Below are positions 19,916 through 28,138 of a stretch of DNA of 61,208 nt, one piece after another. The translations under genes were made by a program, and so were the position numbers. The notes beneath the pieces are model-generated. The model was not told the DNA's origin. It saw only the letters and a list, made by a program, of their open reading frames with translations, and searched no databases. Source of the stretch: an uncultured Gammaproteobacteria bacterium. GTDB lineage: Bacteria; Patescibacteriota; Patescibacteriia; UBA1558; GWA2-36-10. The DNA lies in NCBI GenBank assembly GCA_964633905.1, contig CAZWIT010000002.1:1-61208 (forward strand). Reading direction: 5' to 3'. How positions within the stretch are numbered: position 1 is the first letter of the stretch; each line of letters opens with the position of its first letter.

Positions 19916-21709
19916 ATGAGTATGAATCCCAGTGAAGAAATAAAAGAAAAATTAGATATTGTAGATGTTATTGGGGGCTATTTGCATTTGACTTTGACGG
20001 GCGGTAATTATAAAGCGCCTTGTCCTTTTCATAATGAAAAAACACCTAGTTTTATGGTGTCCCGCGAAAAACAGATTTGGCATTGTTTTGGCTGTGGTAA
20101 GGGTGGAGATATTATTAGCTTTGTCCAAGAATATGAAGGTTTAAGTTTTCCTGAAGCTTTACGTTTGTTAGCGCAAAAAGCTAATATTGTTTTACCAGAT
20201 TTTAAAGATGTTCCTAAAGAAGACCATAGTCGTTTGTATCAGATGAATCAGTTGGCTACTGAGTTTTATCAGCAAAAATTATTTAGTAATTCTACAGTTG
20301 CCAAAAAAGTTTTAGATTATATTAGCAATCGTAAAATAACAGAAGCCAGCATCAAGCAATGGAATTTAGGTTTGTCAGGCGAAGATTGGGATGAATTATT
20401 ATTATTTTTAAAAAGTAAAAATTATCAAGAAGCAGAAATTTTTGCGGCGGGTTTGATAGTGCGCAAAAAATCAGGTGCCGGTTATGTTGATCGTTTTCGT
20501 AAGCGTTTAATGTTTCCAATTGCTGATGCGAGTGGTCGCGTAGTTGCTTTTACTTCGCGAACTTTGACTGGCATTGTTTATCAAGATGAAGATTTTGGTG
20601 GCAAATATATCAATAGTCCACAAACTGCTATTTATGATAAAAGTAAAATTTTATACGGCTGGCATTTAGCCAAAGAAGCGGTTCGCCATAAACAATACTT
20701 GATTATTGTCGAGGGTAATATGGATGCTATTGCTAGTCAGCAAGCAGGAGCTATTAATACCGTGGCCGTATCAGGCACAGCTCTTACTATTGATCAATTA
20801 AAATTAGTAAAAAGATATACCAATAATATTATTTTAGCTTTTGATGGCGATACAGCCGGTAGCCAGGCTGTATTTAGGAGTATTACTTTAGGCTGGGGTC
20901 TTGATTTTAATATTAAAGTTTTGATTTTACCAAAAGATTCTGATCCAGCTGATATGGTCAAAAAAGATATTCAAGCTTGGCGTCAGGCCATAAAAGATTC
21001 TGTTCCGGTTATGGATTATTATTTATCTAGGGTGCTTTCGGGGGTTGATTTAAATCGGGCTGACCACAAAAAAATAGCCGTACAAAAATTATTGCCAATT
21101 ATTAAATTTTTGAAAAGCCAAGTAGAACAAGCGCATTACTTAAAATTACTTTCAGAAAAGATTCAAATTCCTTTGGCTATTTTGCAAAGTGATTTAGCCG
21201 TTAGCAAAGATTTTATTGATAAGCAAGAAAAAACTTGGCAACATTCCTTAGATCAAAAGAAGAATACTTGGCAGCTTTTGAGTGAGCAATTATTATCTTT
21301 GGTGTTTTATAAAACGGAATATTTAAATAAATTAATTGATGATTTGGAGGCAGACTTTATTTTTATGGACCTGCAGCCTCTTTACAAAAAAGTAATAATT
21401 TATTATACTAAGCAACGTAGTTTAGATAATTTTGGCAATAGTTTAGATTTAGAAGGTTTAGAGAAAAATGATTGGGTAAGGCTAGCTGTTACCGGTGAGA
21501 AAGATTGGCGTGAATTAAATGAGCTAGAGCTTAACAATAATTTTAATTATTTAGTTAAGCAACTAAAACAGACTATCTGGCGCAAAGAACGTCAAGGTTT
21601 AATAGATGAATTGCGTCAAGCAGAGTTAAAAAAAGATACAGAATTAGTTGATAATATTAGTCATAAAATCAATATTTTAAATAAAGAAATAAATAATTTG
21701 CAGAATTAA
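19916..21709 (+). CDS. dnaG: DNA primase
   Basis: [17 protein letters not shown] zinc finger, KYINSP, VEGNMD, TOPRIM FDGD. Start may be 19922. Confidence 0.97.
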   Translation: MSMNPSEEIKEKLDIVDVIGGYLHLTLTGGNYKAPCPFHNEKTPSFMVSREKQIWHCFGCGKGGDIISFVQEYEGLSFPEALRLLAQKANIVLPDFKDVPKEDHSRLYQMNQLATEFYQQKLFSNSTVAKKVLDYISNRKITEASIKQWNLGLSGEDWDELLLFLKSKNYQEAEIFAAGLIVRKKSGAGYVDRFRKRLMFPIADASGRVVAFTSRTLTGIVYQDEDFGGKYINSPQTAIYDKSKILYGWHLAKEAVRHKQYLIIVEGNMDAIASQQAGAINTVAVSGTALTIDQLKLVKRYTNNIILAFDGDTAGSQAVFRSITLGWGLDFNIKVLILPKDSDPADMVKKDIQAWRQAIKDSVPVMDYYLSRVLSGVDLNRADHKKIAVQKLLPIIKFLKSQVEQAHYLKLLSEKIQIPLAILQSDLAVSKDFIDKQEKTWQHSLDQKKNTWQLLSEQLLSLVFYKTEYLNKLIDDLEADFIFMDLQPLYKKVIIYYTKQRSLDNFGNSLDLEGLEKNDWVRLAVTGEKDWRELNELELNNNFNYLVKQLKQTIWRKERQGLIDELRQAELKKDTELVDNISHKINILNKEINNLQN

Positions 21710-23004
21710 TGCAAAAGAAAACCGGGCTTAAGCCCAAGAAAAAATTGAATAAAACTCACAAAAGTACTGTTAAACACAGTGCTCGTAAAGCACCAAAAGT
21801 GCATCGCTTGGCGAGCAAGCCAACGAAAAAAACTAGCGTCAAAAGTGCGCTCAAAAAACAAAAGAAAATCAACAGTCCTAAAGCTAAAGCTGTCAAAGTA
21901 AAGACAAGTAGCAAGGGAGAGCTAGACAATAGTTTAGTAGATATGTTGATTCGCAAAGCTAACTCACGTGGCTTTATTACTGAAGAAGAGGTCTTGCGGG
22001 TCTTTTCTGAATTAGAGGATTATATACCTAATTTAGAAACTTTCTTAGACAAGCTAGAAGACATGGCTGTCCAGGTTATTATTACCGATGGTAATATTTT
22101 GGATACCAAGAATAAAGGCCAAGAGTTTTTGTCAAAAGCTGGCGTTAGCAATGATCAGCGTCGTGGCGATTTAACTGATATTGCCGCTGATAGTATTCAA
22201 ATGTATTTGCGAGAAATTGGCAAAGTACCACTCTTAAAGCAAGAAGAAGAGATGATGTATGCCAAGCGCAAAGAAAAAGGAGAACTAGAGGCTAAGAAGA
22301 AATTAATTGAATCTAATTTGCGTTTAGTAGTTTCGATTGCTAAAAAATTTACTGGACGCTCTCTTACTTTATTGGACTTGATCCAAGAAGGTAATATTGG
22401 TTTATTTAGAGCAGTAGAAAAATTTGATTATCGCAAAGGTTATAAATTTTCTACTTATGCGACTTGGTGGATTAGGCAGGCAATTACTAGGGCTCTGGCC
22501 GACCAATCACGTACTATTCGTATTCCAGTGCACATGGTAGAAACCATTAATCGTTTTAATCAAATTGAAAGACGCTTAGTCCAAGAATTAGGTAGAGATC
22601 CATTGCCAGAAGAAATTGCTGCTGAAATGGGAGAGGATATTGATAAAATTAGACAGATTATAAAAATTTCTCAAGAAACAGTATCGCTAGAAGCCTCAGT
22701 GGGTGATGATGATGAAGATAGTACTTTGGGGGACTTTATTGAAGATGAAAAAAATATTGGTCCAGACAGGGTAGCTGCCATGAAATTATTGTCTGATCAT
22801 GTGCGTAAAGTAATTCAAGATTTGACACCACGTGAGCAGAAAATTTTAGAAATGCGTTTTGGCCTAACTGATGGAGTAGCACATACTCTAGAAGAAGTTG
22901 GTCAAGAGTTTGGCGTTACTCGTGAACGTATTCGTCAGATAGAAGCAAAAGCTTTAGAACGAATCAAAAAACACGAGGATATGCGCAAATTGCGAGATTA
23001 TTAA
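21709..23004 (+). CDS. rpoD: Primary sigma factor
   Basis: [54 protein letters not shown]. Confidence 0.97.
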   Translation: MQKKTGLKPKKKLNKTHKSTVKHSARKAPKVHRLASKPTKKTSVKSALKKQKKINSPKAKAVKVKTSSKGELDNSLVDMLIRKANSRGFITEEEVLRVFSELEDYIPNLETFLDKLEDMAVQVIITDGNILDTKNKGQEFLSKAGVSNDQRRGDLTDIAADSIQMYLREIGKVPLLKQEEEMMYAKRKEKGELEAKKKLIESNLRLVVSIAKKFTGRSLTLLDLIQEGNIGLFRAVEKFDYRKGYKFSTYATWWIRQAITRALADQSRTIRIPVHMVETINRFNQIERRLVQELGRDPLPEEIAAEMGEDIDKIRQIIKISQETVSLEASVGDDDEDSTLGDFIEDEKNIGPDRVAAMKLLSDHVRKVIQDLTPREQKILEMRFGLTDGVAHTLEEVGQEFGVTRERIRQIEAKALERIKKHEDMRKLRDY

Positions 23005-23018
23005 TAAAAATTAAATTT

Positions 23019-23477
23019 ATGTTCATTACTCCGCATACAGCGGTCGCTTTATGGTTGTCAACTAAAACGGGCAATCCTTACTTAGGCTTTACCTATGGCT
23101 TAGTTTCTCATTTTATTATAGATATTATTCCTCACGGTGATGAAAAAATGGGTTATCATATTGAAGATGAGAAAAAAAGAAGAAATTATATTTTAAAAAT
23201 TGGTTTTGTTGATGTTAGTTTAGCTTTTATTTTGTTATATTTAGTTTGGTTTCGGACTGACATGTGGTCAATCGTTGCTTTTTGGACAGTAGCAGGGGCC
23301 TGGATGCCAGATGGAATTTGGTTGTTAGCAACGGTGATTAAGAGTAAATTAATAAAAAAGTTAGCTCATTTTCATCACCAGACTCATCATTTATTAAATA
23401 AAGAAATAGGCATTAAATCGGGAGTCTTATTGCAATTTGCTTTTACAGTCTTCTTTTTACTTTTGATACTAAAATAA
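23019..23477 (+). CDS. Membrane protein, putative metal-dependent hydrolase
   Basis: N-terminal PHT, SHFIIDIIPH, MPD and HHQTHH within hydrophobic segments. Confidence 0.55.
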   Translation: MFITPHTAVALWLSTKTGNPYLGFTYGLVSHFIIDIIPHGDEKMGYHIEDEKKRRNYILKIGFVDVSLAFILLYLVWFRTDMWSIVAFWTVAGAWMPDGIWLLATVIKSKLIKKLAHFHHQTHHLLNKEIGIKSGVLLQFAFTVFFLLLILK

Positions 23478-23487
23478 TTATAAAATT

Positions 23488-23524
23488 AAAAAACACCGCC
23501 AATAAATTTTAGGGGGTGTTTTTT
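23488..23524. terminator. Bidirectional terminator
   Basis: aaaaaacacc...ggtgtttttt between convergent genes. Confidence 0.65.
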
Positions 23525-23586
23525 AATTTGACCTAAGGTCATCAAGTGGTCCAGGGTGATCTTTTTCCATCCCTTTACATTAATGA

Positions 23587-23859
23587 TTAGATTTTGTCGG
23601 CAAGCATCTTTTCTTTTTTAGTATTTTGCCAACTAAAGTAAGCAGTTGTCAGCATTGTGCCTAAAGCACAGCCGGCTGCATATTGGATAATTACTTGGGC
23701 GTTGGTAATATTATTGACTACGGTTTCTAAGACATAATACCAAATCAATACGTTAACCACTGTTACTAGGCCGCTTAAGATAATTTTAGTTTCGGTAACG
23801 GCTTTATTCCAAGTAGAAATTATTACCATCTCGATGACCCCAATGAAAAATAAAATCAT
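23587..23859 (-). CDS. Small membrane protein (DUF5698-like)
   Basis: FFIGVIEM..YAAGCALGT pattern, three hydrophobic segments. Confidence 0.6.
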   Translation of the reverse strand: MILFFIGVIEMVIISTWNKAVTETKIILSGLVTVVNVLIWYYVLETVVNNITNAQVIIQYAAGCALGTMLTTAYFSWQNTKKEKMLADKI

Positions 23860-24069
23860 AAGGGTTTTTTTCTTAATGGTTTATTAAAACGACCTTTTTA
23901 CCAGACAAAAAAACGCCACTATTGCGTTAGACGTTTATTTTTAGGTACCCCATACTATAGCACGTAAAAGCTTATTTTGTCAATTATTAATAGTACTAGA
24001 CAAATAGCTTGTTTACATAGTGCTTAAAAAGTATTATAATATTAGTGTAAATAAAAATAAATAAATAAT

Positions 24070-24456
24070 ATGTCCAACAAAAAACAAACGAGCAATAAGA
24101 GTCGTGGTCAGAGTTGGTCTCTTTTAAGAGATTGGCTTTTTTTAACGCTGATAATCATGGTAGTATCTTTTATATTACCTGGCGTTGAAGTAGTTAGTTT
24201 TTCGGCAGCCCTAGCCGCCGCATTAATTTTAGGTATTTTAAATGCTGTGTTAAAGCCATTAATGCTATTTTTAACACTACCTATTAATTTTTTAACACTA
24301 GGTCTATTTACCTGGGTAATTAATGCTATTTTAATTGTGATAGTAGCAGCTTTAGTGCCAGGATTCACAGTGTTTAACATTGGCTACGCCATAGTATTTA
24401 GTATCTTTGTTTCAATGTTTACTTATTTAGTTTCTCATCTTTTTAGCACTAGATAA
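24070..24456 (+). CDS. YvlD/4-TMS phage-holin-family membrane protein
   Basis: LGILNAVLKPL..LTLPINFLTLGLFTWVINA signature. Confidence 0.85.
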   Translation: MSNKKQTSNKSRGQSWSLLRDWLFLTLIIMVVSFILPGVEVVSFSAALAAALILGILNAVLKPLMLFLTLPINFLTLGLFTWVINAILIVIVAALVPGFTVFNIGYAIVFSIFVSMFTYLVSHLFSTR

Positions 24457-24477
24457 TTATTGTTTAAATTTAATTCA

Positions 24478-24508
24478 AAAAAACTACTAGCCTGTCTAGT
24501 AGTTTTTT
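24478..24508. terminator. Bidirectional terminator
   Basis: aaaaaactactag-cctgt-ctagtagtttttt. Confidence 0.85.
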
Positions 24509-24523
24509 AGTTAATATTTTTTA

Positions 24524-26035
24524 TTATGATCTAATAAAATTAAATCCGTAAAATTTAAAATTATTAATTTCACTAATATCAGCTTGATAATAATTTTCAA
24601 TGCAGAGAGCTGAGCAATGCCCCTCTAGGTTTATACCAGTAGGTTTGCTACTAGGGTGTAAATATTCGCCTAAAATAATTATTTTTTTGATAGAATTATC
24701 AAAATAAATTTGATTACTATTTCTTTGCTGATAACGGTAATTTTTAGCTTCAAAATATAGATTTTTGACACCAACTAAGTCATAAATTTTATATTGTGGT
24801 AAATAACTAGATAATATCCGAGCATCATCATATTTATAGCTATTTACTTTTTTTTCTTCATCATAATATTGACCACGCAAGCTAATGATCAAAGTGTCTG
24901 CTGGATTTTGTAATTTAGAAATATATAAATAGGTTTTAATGCGTTTATCATGTTCGGAAGTAGCGGCATAACTTAGTCTATTAATGTCTTTATTTTTGAT
25001 AAAGCTTACGGGGATTATAAAAAAATATATTTCAGCAATTATAATAATAGCAACTATTAGATAAGCGAAATAATGTTGAAATATTTTTTGCCAAAAGTTT
25101 AATGATAATAATAAAACAAGGGGGATTAAAGATAGCATGTAGCCGACAACACCTAGGTGTGAAAAAAAGTAAAAAATTAGTACTAAACAAAATAGAGCAA
25201 TGGTAGTTATGCCGATTAAGCGGTTATTTTTTTTAAATGGACCAGCCAAGATTGGTAATATTATAAATGGCCCAGCTGTTACTATAAAACTTTTATAATA
25301 AAAATTAATTAGATTTTGATCAGTAAAAGTTTTTGTTAAGCTAGAGTATTGGTTTTTTAGGATGGTCAGGTAATTATTTATACCATTTGAAAATACCATC
25401 AAAGGAATCAGCCAAGCTAAGCTTAAGATTACAAAAATAACACTTGCCCATAATCCAAAATATTTTTTTCTTTTTATTAAAAGAAAGTTAAAAAATAATA
25501 AAGGTAGGGAAATAATAATTAGTGATGGCCTAAAACCAATTAAAGTAGCAGTTAAGGCAGTGTGAATTAAAAAGTATTTTCCTTGTTTTGCTGTATTTAT
25601 TTTTTGTAAAAAATATAAACCAAGTAGAGGAGCCAGCACTTCAAAGCTATAAGTCAAAGCCACGCTACGGTAGTGCCAAAAGATAGGATGAAAAATTAAT
25701 ATTAAGGAAATTGCAAAAGCAATTTTGTTGTCATAACTTAGATTTTTTGTAATTTTATAAATCAGTAGCGCGCTTAAAGTGCTTACTAAGGCATTAATAA
25801 AAATAAGAGAAAAATTAATATCACGAAAAATAAAGCTAAAAAGCCAGCCTAAAAATAAAAATAAAGGATAGCCAGGAGGGTGGGGTTGGTAGCTATTAAG
25901 ATCAAAATGTTGAATGCCTAGAGCTAGTTGGGCGCTGTCCCAGGCATAGAGATAATGAGAGGCAAAAAATAAGCTACTAGCAAAAGCTAGTATTATTAAA
26001 CTTAGTTCAGCCTTGTATTTATGCCATGATTTCAT
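24524..26035 (-). CDS. GT-C fold membrane glycosyltransferase (DUF2723/PMT-like)
   Basis: WDSAQLAL..QPHPPGYPLF motif, polytopic. Start moved to ATG 26035 (TGTTATAAT 6 nt upstream); the track's extension overlaps tRNA-Asn. Confidence 0.75.
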   Translation of the reverse strand: MKSWHKYKAELSLIILAFASSLFFASHYLYAWDSAQLALGIQHFDLNSYQPHPPGYPLFLFLGWLFSFIFRDINFSLIFINALVSTLSALLIYKITKNLSYDNKIAFAISLILIFHPIFWHYRSVALTYSFEVLAPLLGLYFLQKINTAKQGKYFLIHTALTATLIGFRPSLIIISLPLLFFNFLLIKRKKYFGLWASVIFVILSLAWLIPLMVFSNGINNYLTILKNQYSSLTKTFTDQNLINFYYKSFIVTAGPFIILPILAGPFKKNNRLIGITTIALFCLVLIFYFFSHLGVVGYMLSLIPLVLLLSLNFWQKIFQHYFAYLIVAIIIIAEIYFFIIPVSFIKNKDINRLSYAATSEHDKRIKTYLYISKLQNPADTLIISLRGQYYDEEKKVNSYKYDDARILSSYLPQYKIYDLVGVKNLYFEAKNYRYQQRNSNQIYFDNSIKKIIILGEYLHPSSKPTGINLEGHCSALCIENYYQADISEINNFKFYGFNFIRS

Positions 26036-26072
26036 GTTGTAATTATAACAAAAATAAGTTAAATAAAAAACC

Positions 26073-26196
26073 ACCAAGCAAGGTTGATGATTTCTTAATG
26101 GCTCCGGCAGAAAATTTGGAGTAAAAAATAATTTTCTGCACTTCGCCAAGATTAAAAAAATACCAACTAAGGTTGATATTCTTTTAATGGCTCCGG
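26073..26196 (-). repeat. Degenerate tandem duplication of tRNA-Asn 3' end plus terminator (89-bp offset)
   Basis: ttaatggctccgg at 26095-26107 and 26184-26196; aaggttgat at 26080-26088 and 26169-26177. Confidence 0.75.
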
Positions 26197-26262
26197 GGGA
26201 GGGATTCGAACCCACGACCAATTGGTTAACAGCCAACTGCGCTACCACTGCGCTACCCCGGA
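26188..26262 (-). tRNA. tRNA-Asn(GTT)
   Basis: GTTGG-CTGTTAA-CCAAT anticodon arm, GGTTCGAATCC, CCA; no intron. Confidence 0.97.
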
Positions 26263-26510
26263 ATAAAATTTTTAATAAGATTTTCTTTTTTATTTTTTTT
26301 CCACTTTTTAATTTGTGCTTCGCGCCTCATAGCCTCTATCTTATTTGTAAATCTTTCAAAATATACTATTTTTACTGGTTTTCTATGCTTGGTGTATTTA
26401 GCTCCATTACCACTATTATGTTTTTCTTCCCTTTGTTTTATGTTAGTTGTGTAGCCGGCATAGAGCGTATTGTCTTTGCAGCGCGCAAGGTAGAAAAAAT
26501 ATTTTTGCAT
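26253..26510 (-). CDS. Solo GIY-YIG nuclease (85 aa, UPF0213/YhbQ-like)
   Basis: FFYLARCKDNTLYAGYT..R..KHNSG.GAKYT..RKPV..VY.E....AMRREAQIK. Stop TAG is tRNA-Asn nt 8-10. Confidence 0.9.
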   Translation of the reverse strand: MQKYFFYLARCKDNTLYAGYTTNIKQREEKHNSGNGAKYTKHRKPVKIVYFERFTNKIEAMRREAQIKKWKKNKKENLIKNFIPG

Positions 26511-26542
26511 ATCATTTTTTGAGGTCGTTTTTGTATATACAC

Positions 26543-26673
26543 AATGTCCTTCGGCTCACTCTGTTCGCTCAGGACATTCGCCTCGTCTTTCTTGATGAGG
26601 GGTTGAGGCACTGAACAAAGTGAAGTGCCGAAACCATGAGCGAGGAGGAATGAAATGACGACGAGTCGAATGG
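26543..26673. repeat. REP-like palindrome cluster on the tRNA-Met 3' trailer
   Basis: gtcc-TTCGGCT-N9-CGCTCA-ggac; ggcac...gtgcc hairpin; 40-bp CCA-TTCGACT-N21-CGCTCA-TGG unit (minus strand) at 26634-26673. Confidence 0.75.
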
Positions 26674-26748
26674 TAGCAGGGGTGGGGGTCGAACCCACGA
26701 CCTCGGGCTTATGAGTCCCACGCTCTAACCAAGCTGAGCTACCCTGCC
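26671..26748 (-). tRNA. tRNA-Met(CAT), elongator type (Ile2 not excluded)
   Basis: CTCATAA loop, paired position 1-72, ends TACCA. Confidence 0.9.
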
Positions 26749-26840
26749 ACGAACTATTCGCTACGCTCAAGTTCGTGGCCAAGCCTCTTGGTTTAATACT
26801 AAGTGGCTGTGCCAAAAACCCGAACGAAGTGAGTGGTTTT
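26746..26840. repeat. REP-like palindromes between tRNA-fMet and tRNA-Met
   Basis: ccacgaact-attcgctacgctca-agttcgtgg; aaaacc-cgaacgaagtgagt-ggtttt. Confidence 0.7.
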
Positions 26841-26916
26841 TGGTAGCGGGAGCCGGACTCGAACCGGCGACCTCCAGGTTATGGGCCTGGCGAGCTGCCA
26901 ACTGCTCTATCCCGCG
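26841..26916 (-). tRNA. Initiator tRNA-fMet(CAT)
   Basis: CGCGGGA acceptor with unpaired C1:T72; anticodon arm CCAGG-CCCATAA-CCTGG. Confidence 0.9.
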
Positions 26917-26945
26917 TCGTAAAAAATTTGGCTTAATAATTCATA

Positions 26946-27006
26946 TGGTCGGGGCGAGAGGACTTGCCACCGCCTTTGGCGGGGTCCCGCTCCGCGGGAA
27001 ACCTCT
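26946..27006 (-). pseudogene. tRNA-Pro-type 3' fragment interrupted in the T-loop by a 33-nt insert
   Basis: Removing 26967-26999 gives AGAGG-TTCAAGT-CCTCT-CGCCCCG-ACCA: a perfect T-arm, acceptor 3' strand and CCA. Confidence 0.85.
26967..26999 (+). repeat. Double-hairpin mini-insert, copy 2 (CCACCGCCTTTGGCGGGGTCCCGCTCCGCGGGA)
   Basis: Same stems and ends as 348..382; only the loop regions differ. Confidence 0.85.
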
Positions 27007-27042
27007 TATTATAAATACAGTAAACCTTGTAAAAACTACTCT

Positions 27043-27119
27043 TGGTCGGGGTGACCCGGCTTGAACGGGCGACCTCACGCACCCCATGCGTGCGCGCTAG
27101 CCAACTGCGCCACACCCCG
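27043..27119 (-). tRNA. tRNA-Pro(GGG)
   Basis: CGGGGTG acceptor; CACGC-ATGGGGT-GCGTG; CCA. Confidence 0.95.
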
Positions 27120-27130
27120 TGGACATTTGC

Positions 27131-27237
27131 TGTGCCCTTCGGCTACGCTCAGGGCATTCGACGACCACTATTCTAATTAAATTTAAGCGGTCGAAGACCA
27201 TGAGCGAAGTTTCACAAAGTGAAACGGAGTCGAATGG
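27131..27237. repeat. REP-like palindrome cluster on the tRNA-Ala 3' trailer
   Basis: gccc-TTCGGCT-A-CGCTCA-gggc; 40-bp CCA-TTCGACT-N21-CGCTCA-TGG unit (minus strand) at 27198-27237. Confidence 0.75.
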
Positions 27238-27311
27238 TGGACCGTACAGGGCTTGAACCTGCGACCTCTTCCATGCCATGGAAGCGCTCTAGCCAACTGA
27301 GCTAACGGCCC
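27235..27311 (-). tRNA. tRNA-Ala(GGC)
   Basis: G3:U70 pair; CTTCC-ATGGCAT-GGAAG; CCA. Confidence 0.97.
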
Positions 27312-27335
27312 TTGTAAAAATTTTGGCGGTAAGAA

Positions 27336-27422
27336 TGGTACCGAAGAGAGGACTTGAACCTCCACGACCTTGCGGTCACTGGATTTTGAGTCCAGCGCGT
27401 CTACCAGTTCCGCCACTTCGGC
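27336..27422 (-). tRNA. tRNA-Leu(CAA)
   Basis: CTGGA-CTCAAAA-TCCAG, long variable arm, CCA. Confidence 0.97.
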
Positions 27423-27537
27423 TCTTGTATGATATATATGTTTATCTAATAAACACAGATGATTTTACAATATAAATAATATAAAGTCAATACTAATACT
27501 TTATATTATTTAGTAATTTTTAGGTTTTAAGTAGCCC

Positions 27538-27756
27538 TTAACGTTCTATTTTTCCATATCTAATGGCAAAGGCTTGCTCTTTAGCACTAGCTGGCGTAAT
27601 ACTTCCGTTTTTAACAGCTTCACTTAGTTGTCTAAGTAAATCAAATTCAGAATCGTTATTTCCCATTTGATTACATTCTTGCATCATTAAAGCAATGTAA
27701 TCTAAGGTTTCTTGCATCTCTATTGAGGTAGTTGTTTGTTCAAATTTTTCAGGCAT
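27538..27756 (-). CDS. Small hypothetical protein (72 aa)
   Basis: Fills the intergenic space; TATAAT 10 nt upstream; helical composition. Confidence 0.65.
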   Translation of the reverse strand: MPEKFEQTTTSIEMQETLDYIALMMQECNQMGNNDSEFDLLRQLSEAVKNGSITPASAKEQAFAIRYGKIER

Positions 27757-27887
27757 ATTAAATTTAATTATAATAAGATGATTATATCTGATATTTAATA
27801 TTTTGTCATATTGATTAAATTAAAAATTATGTTATACTAGGATTTCCTTTGTCCTTTTGCTTCGTTTAAACAAAGGAGGTCCGGGTC

Positions 27888-28082
27888 ATGCCTGAGCAGA
27901 CAACTCATCATTCTGGTACTTGGTGGATTTGTACTTGCTCTTGTCATAAAGATGATACTATTAGTTTGAAAAGGCAACATAATCATCACTGTTGTAGTGA
28001 ATGTTCGCAGTGCCATTTAAATATTGCTGGTAGTCTCCAGGTGCATCTGGAAGAATCTCATTCTCGGGTAGCCTCTTCTTGA
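27888..28082 (+). CDS. SD-led Cys/His-rich small protein (64 aa)
   Basis: AGGAGGT at 27874-27880; CTCSCH...HNHHCCSECSQCH; promoter upstream, terminator downstream. Confidence 0.65.
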   Translation: MPEQTTHHSGTWWICTCSCHKDDTISLKRQHNHHCCSECSQCHLNIAGSLQVHLEESHSRVASS

Positions 28083-28090
28083 ATTTTATG

Positions 28091-28121
28091 AACTCGCTCT
28101 GCTTTAGAGGGCGGGTTTTTT
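28091..28121 (+). terminator. Intrinsic terminator
   Basis: aactcgctct...agagggcgggtt plus T run. Confidence 0.7.
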
Positions 28122-28138
28122 GTGCTATAATAATTAAT

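Noticed and set aside
24070-24456. Prophage, based on the holin-family gene
   Set aside because: The YvlD-type family is commonly chromosomal, and there are no integrase, capsid, terminase or lysin genes.
26036-26248. N-terminal extension of the 574-aa ORF in the track
   Set aside because: It is read through tRNA-Asn and its terminator; a better start with a -10 box is at 26035.
27209-27225. parS site (GTTTCAC-AAA-GTGAAAC)
   Set aside because: The half-sites match parS, but the canonical site has no 3-nt spacer. It is the core of a REP-like unit about 5 kb from parAB.
26543-27237. CRISPR or other regular repeat-spacer array
   Set aside because: Units are few, in both orientations, irregularly spaced and separated by tRNAs; no cas genes.
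26187-27416. Track ORFs 26187-26522, 26438-26815, 26840-27064, 26933-27115, 27097-27279, 27183-27416
   Set aside because: These are translations of tRNA genes and palindromic repeats.
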